From assembly GCA_902632055.1 (NCBI GenBank), contig CACPAS010000002.1, positions 2,122 through 66,121 on the forward strand: DNA of 64,000 nucleotides, given 5' to 3'. Under the pieces are notes generated by a model that did not search any database, was not told the DNA's origin, and saw only the letters and a list, made by a program, of their open reading frames with translations. Both the position numbers and the translations under genes were made by a program. This document shows positions 60,429-64,000 of this stretch, one piece after another. Position 1 is the stretch's first letter, and each line of letters starts with the position of its first letter. Origin of the DNA: an uncultured OCS116 cluster bacterium (GTDB lineage Bacteria > Pseudomonadota > Alphaproteobacteria > Rhizobiales > TMED25).

Positions 60429-61202
60429 ATGAAAGAGGAGACTATAGGAGGTATCCTAGTCAGTTGGAGGAAAAAGCAAGGTAAATTTATTGCTGATTGC
60501 GCTAATGAGCTTAATGCTCCAATTGAGTATTTAGATGCTATTGAAAATAATTCTTTCTCAGAACTGCCCAACGATCCCTATACATTTAACTTAATTGATA
60601 GATATGCTCAATTTATTCAAGTCAAAGATGAGGACTCAAAAAAAATCAGAATACTAGCCAAACAATTACTAAATATCTCTGATAGTAAGCCCACAAGAAA
60701 GAGCTACCTTAAGCGAGGTTGGTCAATCATAATCAATATAAGTTTCATATTTATGTTATTAGTTTGTGCCATTATTATTTATGATGAAGAATTTTACGGT
60801 AGGGATTTATTAAAAAATATAAAGATCGTTAATCACGAAAAAATAGCCAGCGGTGAGACAAATCACTTAGAGCAGAATATCGATAGTAAGGTTCTAGAAC
60901 TTGACATTAATGAAAGTACCAGTGTTGAGTACAAACAACAGGACACTAAAAAATTTACCACTATGGAAATCCAAGTGAGGGGAGATGTTTGGTTTGAGAT
61001 AATAGATAACAAAAATACAACGTATATATCCAGAAACTTCAGAACGGGAGAGAGATACCTTTTTAATTTTAAAGGTAATGAAACATTGTTAACAGATAAT
61101 CCATCAAATATACTTATAATATACAATGAGAAACAAATAAGTTTAGCGCAAATGCAAACAAGTGATGTTGTTGAGATAGATCTCAAGAGCATTATTTTTT
61201 GA
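60429..61202 (+). CDS. RodZ-like protein (HTH domain, one TM, DUF4115)
   Basis: An N-terminal XRE-like HTH, a central TM (WSIIINISFIFMLLVCAIIIY), and a C-terminal beta-rich DUF4115-like segment (VWFEIID...). Confidence 0.6.
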   Translation: MKEETIGGILVSWRKKQGKFIADCANELNAPIEYLDAIENNSFSELPNDPYTFNLIDRYAQFIQVKDEDSKKIRILAKQLLNISDSKPTRKSYLKRGWSIIINISFIFMLLVCAIIIYDEEFYGRDLLKNIKIVNHEKIASGETNHLEQNIDSKVLELDINESTSVEYKQQDTKKFTTMEIQVRGDVWFEIIDNKNTTYISRNFRTGERYLFNFKGNETLLTDNPSNILIIYNEKQISLAQMQTSDVVEIDLKSIIF

Positions 61203-61223
61203 TTAGAAAATTGAGATATTAGA

Positions 61224-62300
61224 ATGTTGGATGAGAAAAAATTAGATAAAATACTTCAAAATTACGAAGATATTCAAGATCAAATGCTTACTCTATCAGG
61301 TGATAGAAATAAGTATGCGGAATTAGCAATTGAGTTTTCGAAAATAGAGGAGATTGCAAAAGCAATTATTGAGTATCGTGAAATTCAAAAAGAAAAAAAT
61401 GATTTAGATGAACTTCTTGGTTCGGAGAACGAAGATAATGAAGTTATTGAAATGGCAAAGGCTGAGATTAATCTTGCAACACAAAAAATAGAAAAAATGG
61501 AAATCGTTATAAGCGAACTTCTTCTGCCAAAAGACTCGGATGACAAAAAAAGCGTGATTATTGAAATACGAGCTGGAACAGGTGGGGACGAGGCCGCGAT
61601 ATTCGCAGGTGATCTCGCGAGGATGTATTTAAGATTTGCTGATCATAATGGATGGAAAGCTGAGATTATGGAGTCAAATGATGGTGAATTTGGAGGGTAT
61701 AAAGAGTTCATTGCTAACATAACCGGAAATAATGTTTATCAAAAATTGAAGTTTGAGTCGGGTGTACACAGAGTGCAAAGAGTGCCAAATACTGAGTCAA
61801 GTGGGCGTATTCATACATCTGCAGCAACAGTCGCGGTTCTGCCTGAGGCAGAAGAAGTAGACGTGAAAATTGAGGATAAAGACATAAGAATTGATGTTTT
61901 TAGAGCAAGCGGTCCCGGTGGACAGTCAGTTAATACGACGGATAGTGCGGTGAGGATCACACATTTACCAACGGGAATAACCGTATCTCAGCAGGATGAA
62001 AAATCACAGCATAGAAATCGCGAAAAAGCATTAAAAGTGTTGAGAGCTAGATTGTATGAAAAAGAAAAAAATGAAATGGATCAGGAAAGAGCGACTAACA
62101 GAAAGTTACAAATTGGGAGTGGTGATAGGTCAGAAAGGATACGAACATACAATTATCCACAAGGCAGGGTAACAGATCACAGAATTAATCTCACGTTACA
62201 TAAGCTTACGGCTGTCATGGAGTCTGAGGGGCTTCAAGAAATTATTGATGCCCTGATTGCTGAAGATAAAGCGCAAATTATGGCAGGTGAAACCAATTAA
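61224..62300 (+). CDS. prfA: peptide chain release factor 1
   Basis: 358 aa with the PET-type recognition region ([17 protein letters not shown]) and the GGQ motif (SGPGGQSVN). Confidence 0.97.
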   Translation: MLDEKKLDKILQNYEDIQDQMLTLSGDRNKYAELAIEFSKIEEIAKAIIEYREIQKEKNDLDELLGSENEDNEVIEMAKAEINLATQKIEKMEIVISELLLPKDSDDKKSVIIEIRAGTGGDEAAIFAGDLARMYLRFADHNGWKAEIMESNDGEFGGYKEFIANITGNNVYQKLKFESGVHRVQRVPNTESSGRIHTSAATVAVLPEAEEVDVKIEDKDIRIDVFRASGPGGQSVNTTDSAVRITHLPTGITVSQQDEKSQHRNREKALKVLRARLYEKEKNEMDQERATNRKLQIGSGDRSERIRTYNYPQGRVTDHRINLTLHKLTAVMESEGLQEIIDALIAEDKAQIMAGETN

Positions 62301-62302
62301 AA

Positions 62303-63157
62303 ATGAAGAAAATAAAGAGTATTCTAACTGATGCAAACCATGAACTTGGAAGTTGTAAAATAGAAACAGCCAATTTAGAGAGTCAAATCTTACTAGCCTA
62401 TGTACTTGGTGTATCGAAAGAGTATCTGATTATCAATGCCAATGAGAAACTAGAAGAAGATAAAATAAATCAATTTAAGGATTTAATAAAAAGACGGATG
62501 GAAGGTTCGTCAATTTCGAACATCATAGGTAAGCGTGAGTTTTATGGAAGAGAATTTATTGTTAATGGTGATGTATTAGATCCAAGGCCTGATACAGAGT
62601 TAATAATAGATATAATAAAGAAAATTTATGCGAAGGACGATAGTTTTTCAATAATAGATCTCGGCACCGGTTCTGGGTGTATAATATCGACTTTATTACT
62701 TGAATTTCCATATTCTAGAGGCATTGGTACGGACATATCAGAAAATGCTGTAAGCATTGCGCAGATAAATGCAAAAAAATATTTTATCAACGATAGAGTA
62801 TCTTTCATCATATCTGATTGGCTTGATGCTATTGACTTCAATAAATTCAACATAATTGTATCGAATCCACCTTATATACCAAGTAGAGATCTTGAGGCAC
62901 TTTCGCATGAAGTATTGTACAATGATCCATTAATTGCACTTGATGGTGGTAAAAGTGGTCTTTCCCATTACAAAAAAATATTGTCAAATTTACAAAATAA
63001 AAATAATGGAGAAACAAAATTTCTAATTATGGAAATCCACGAGGGTATGGAAAAAGATTTATTGCAACTCGCTTCCAGTCAGGGATTTAAGCTAGAAAGT
63101 ATGAATCTTTATGATGATTTATCGAAAAGAAAAAGAGTAATTTTTTTGAAATTTTAA
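62303..63157 (+). CDS. prmC: release-factor glutamine N5-methyltransferase PrmC
   Basis: 284 aa with DLGTGSG and the NPPY motif (VSNPPYI). It lies directly after prfA. Confidence 0.92.
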   Translation: MKKIKSILTDANHELGSCKIETANLESQILLAYVLGVSKEYLIINANEKLEEDKINQFKDLIKRRMEGSSISNIIGKREFYGREFIVNGDVLDPRPDTELIIDIIKKIYAKDDSFSIIDLGTGSGCIISTLLLEFPYSRGIGTDISENAVSIAQINAKKYFINDRVSFIISDWLDAIDFNKFNIIVSNPPYIPSRDLEALSHEVLYNDPLIALDGGKSGLSHYKKILSNLQNKNNGETKFLIMEIHEGMEKDLLQLASSQGFKLESMNLYDDLSKRKRVIFLKF

Positions 63158-63334
63158 TTTTTTTTATAAATTAGTTTGAAATGTCGGAGATTATTATATA
63201 TATATACAACAGAAACTGAGTTGATCATCAACACTCTGATACAAGAAACTTATTCTTAAATACTCAGTAAAAGCCAAAATCAATTATTATCATAAATACT
63301 ATTTACTACGTGGTATTTGTATAGTTAGGAACAA

Positions 63335-63745
63335 ATGGTACTCTTGCCAACAAAGAAAAAGAACAGAAATAGACCAAGGAGATCTGGTACATCTTCAAGG
63401 CTCTTAGAGTCAAATGGTCCTGATATAAAGATTAAAGGAAGCGCTTCACAGATTGTTGAAAAATACTTGGCCTTGTCAAGGGAATCACAATCTTCAGGTG
63501 ACCCGATTACTGCTGAAAGCTATCTTCAATATGCGGAGCATTATCAACGTATGGTTGACGCTAACGAGGTTAAAATACAAAGAAGCCATAATCATTCAAC
63601 AGACGATCAAGTTGTTTCTAATGGACATCATTTAAATGGCGATACAAGAGAAAAATTAATTTCCAAAAACCAACCGGAGTCAGATAAAATAGAGCGTAGT
63701 GAGATAATACCTGCCCCAATAGAAGAACAATCTATTGGAAAGTAG
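63335..63745 (+). CDS. DUF4167 domain protein
   Basis: 136 aa. GSASQIVEKYLALSRESQSSGDPITAESYLQYAEHYQR follows the DUF4167 pattern. The position after prmC is the usual alphaproteobacterial one. Confidence 0.7.
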   Translation: MVLLPTKKKNRNRPRRSGTSSRLLESNGPDIKIKGSASQIVEKYLALSRESQSSGDPITAESYLQYAEHYQRMVDANEVKIQRSHNHSTDDQVVSNGHHLNGDTREKLISKNQPESDKIERSEIIPAPIEEQSIGK

Positions 63746-64000
63746 ATTTTTGCTCTAGTTTTCTTATATCTTCCCTAATTTTTTCTCTTTCAATGTAGAA
63801 ACTCGATAATTGCTCATTTTCGAGGAAATAATTATTAATTTCTTCATCAAATTTATTTGGATTTATTCTCTTCTCATTTACGATTATTTCATAGTGGAGA
63901 TGAATACCTGTGCTGAGTCCGGTTTGTCCTGTATAACCTATGATTTCAGACTGATTTACCAAACTACCTTTTATAAGGTTTTCTGAAAATTTATTGAGAT
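63732..64000 (-). CDS. M23 family metallopeptidase, C-terminal part; 5' end lies outside the window
   Basis: The frame is open to the window edge. It reads ..GSLVNQSEIIGYTGQTGLSTGIHLHYEI (LytM/M23 HxH motif). It overlaps the convergent DUF4167 gene by 14 nt. Confidence 0.75.
   Translation of the reverse strand, partial: LNKFSENLIKGSLVNQSEIIGYTGQTGLSTGIHLHYEIIVNEKRINPNKFDEEINNYFLENEQLSSFYIEREKIREDIRKLEQKSTFQ

Overview
This is a 64-kb chromosomal segment from a low-GC, very gene-dense bacterium. Most spacers are under 100 nt, and many stop/start codons abut or overlap. Gene order (cobS-cobT/J-domain/bolA, aroK-aroB/xerD/accA, secA/argJ/mutT, grxC/nitrilase/DUF1178/ubiG/lysC, prfA-prmC-DUF4167) is typical of Alphaproteobacteria. 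The style suggests a streamlined marine lineage (SAR11/HIMB59/AEGEAN-169-like), but that placement is inference only.

The window has three parts:
- (1) 1-20.7 kb: a large catabolic supercluster with no assignable substrate. It holds a thiolase-like/DUF35 pair, two ALS-like TPP enzymes, a gamma-resorcylate-decarboxylase-like amidohydrolase, a Pot-type ABC importer, an ACAD, a GST, a 2-hydroxyacid dehydrogenase, an alpha/beta hydrolase, a cyclase, an M24 enzyme, 2-oxoacid dehydrogenase E1alpha/E1beta/E2 and a beta-hydroxyacid dehydrogenase. It contains no regulator and ends at an initiator tRNA-Met.
- (2) 20.8-37.3 kb: a patchwork of small accessory genes interspersed with three tRNAs. It includes an MFS transporter, a compact cobalamin riboswitch driving cbtB-cbtA, a TauE-like exporter, aromatic-catabolism-like singletons, tiny membrane proteins, typA and an orphan KpsS/KpsC-like gene.
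- (3) 37.3-64 kb: a conserved housekeeping backbone.

I see no CRISPR array, IS element, integrase, prophage or recognisable defence system.

The most checkable oddities are:
- A PotD-like binding protein whose Tat signal peptide lies upstream of any canonical start codon.
- An 8-gene operon joining hydrolases, a TPP enzyme and an M24 enzyme to an E1/E2 complex that lacks E3.
- Active-site substitutions, judged by eye, in the M24 enzyme (Asp->Cys) and the ACAD (Glu->Asp).
- A very short cobalamin riboswitch.
- A duplicated pair of tiny membrane-protein genes preceded by a GC-rich stem-loop.

All homology calls come from motif recognition by eye, not from searches.
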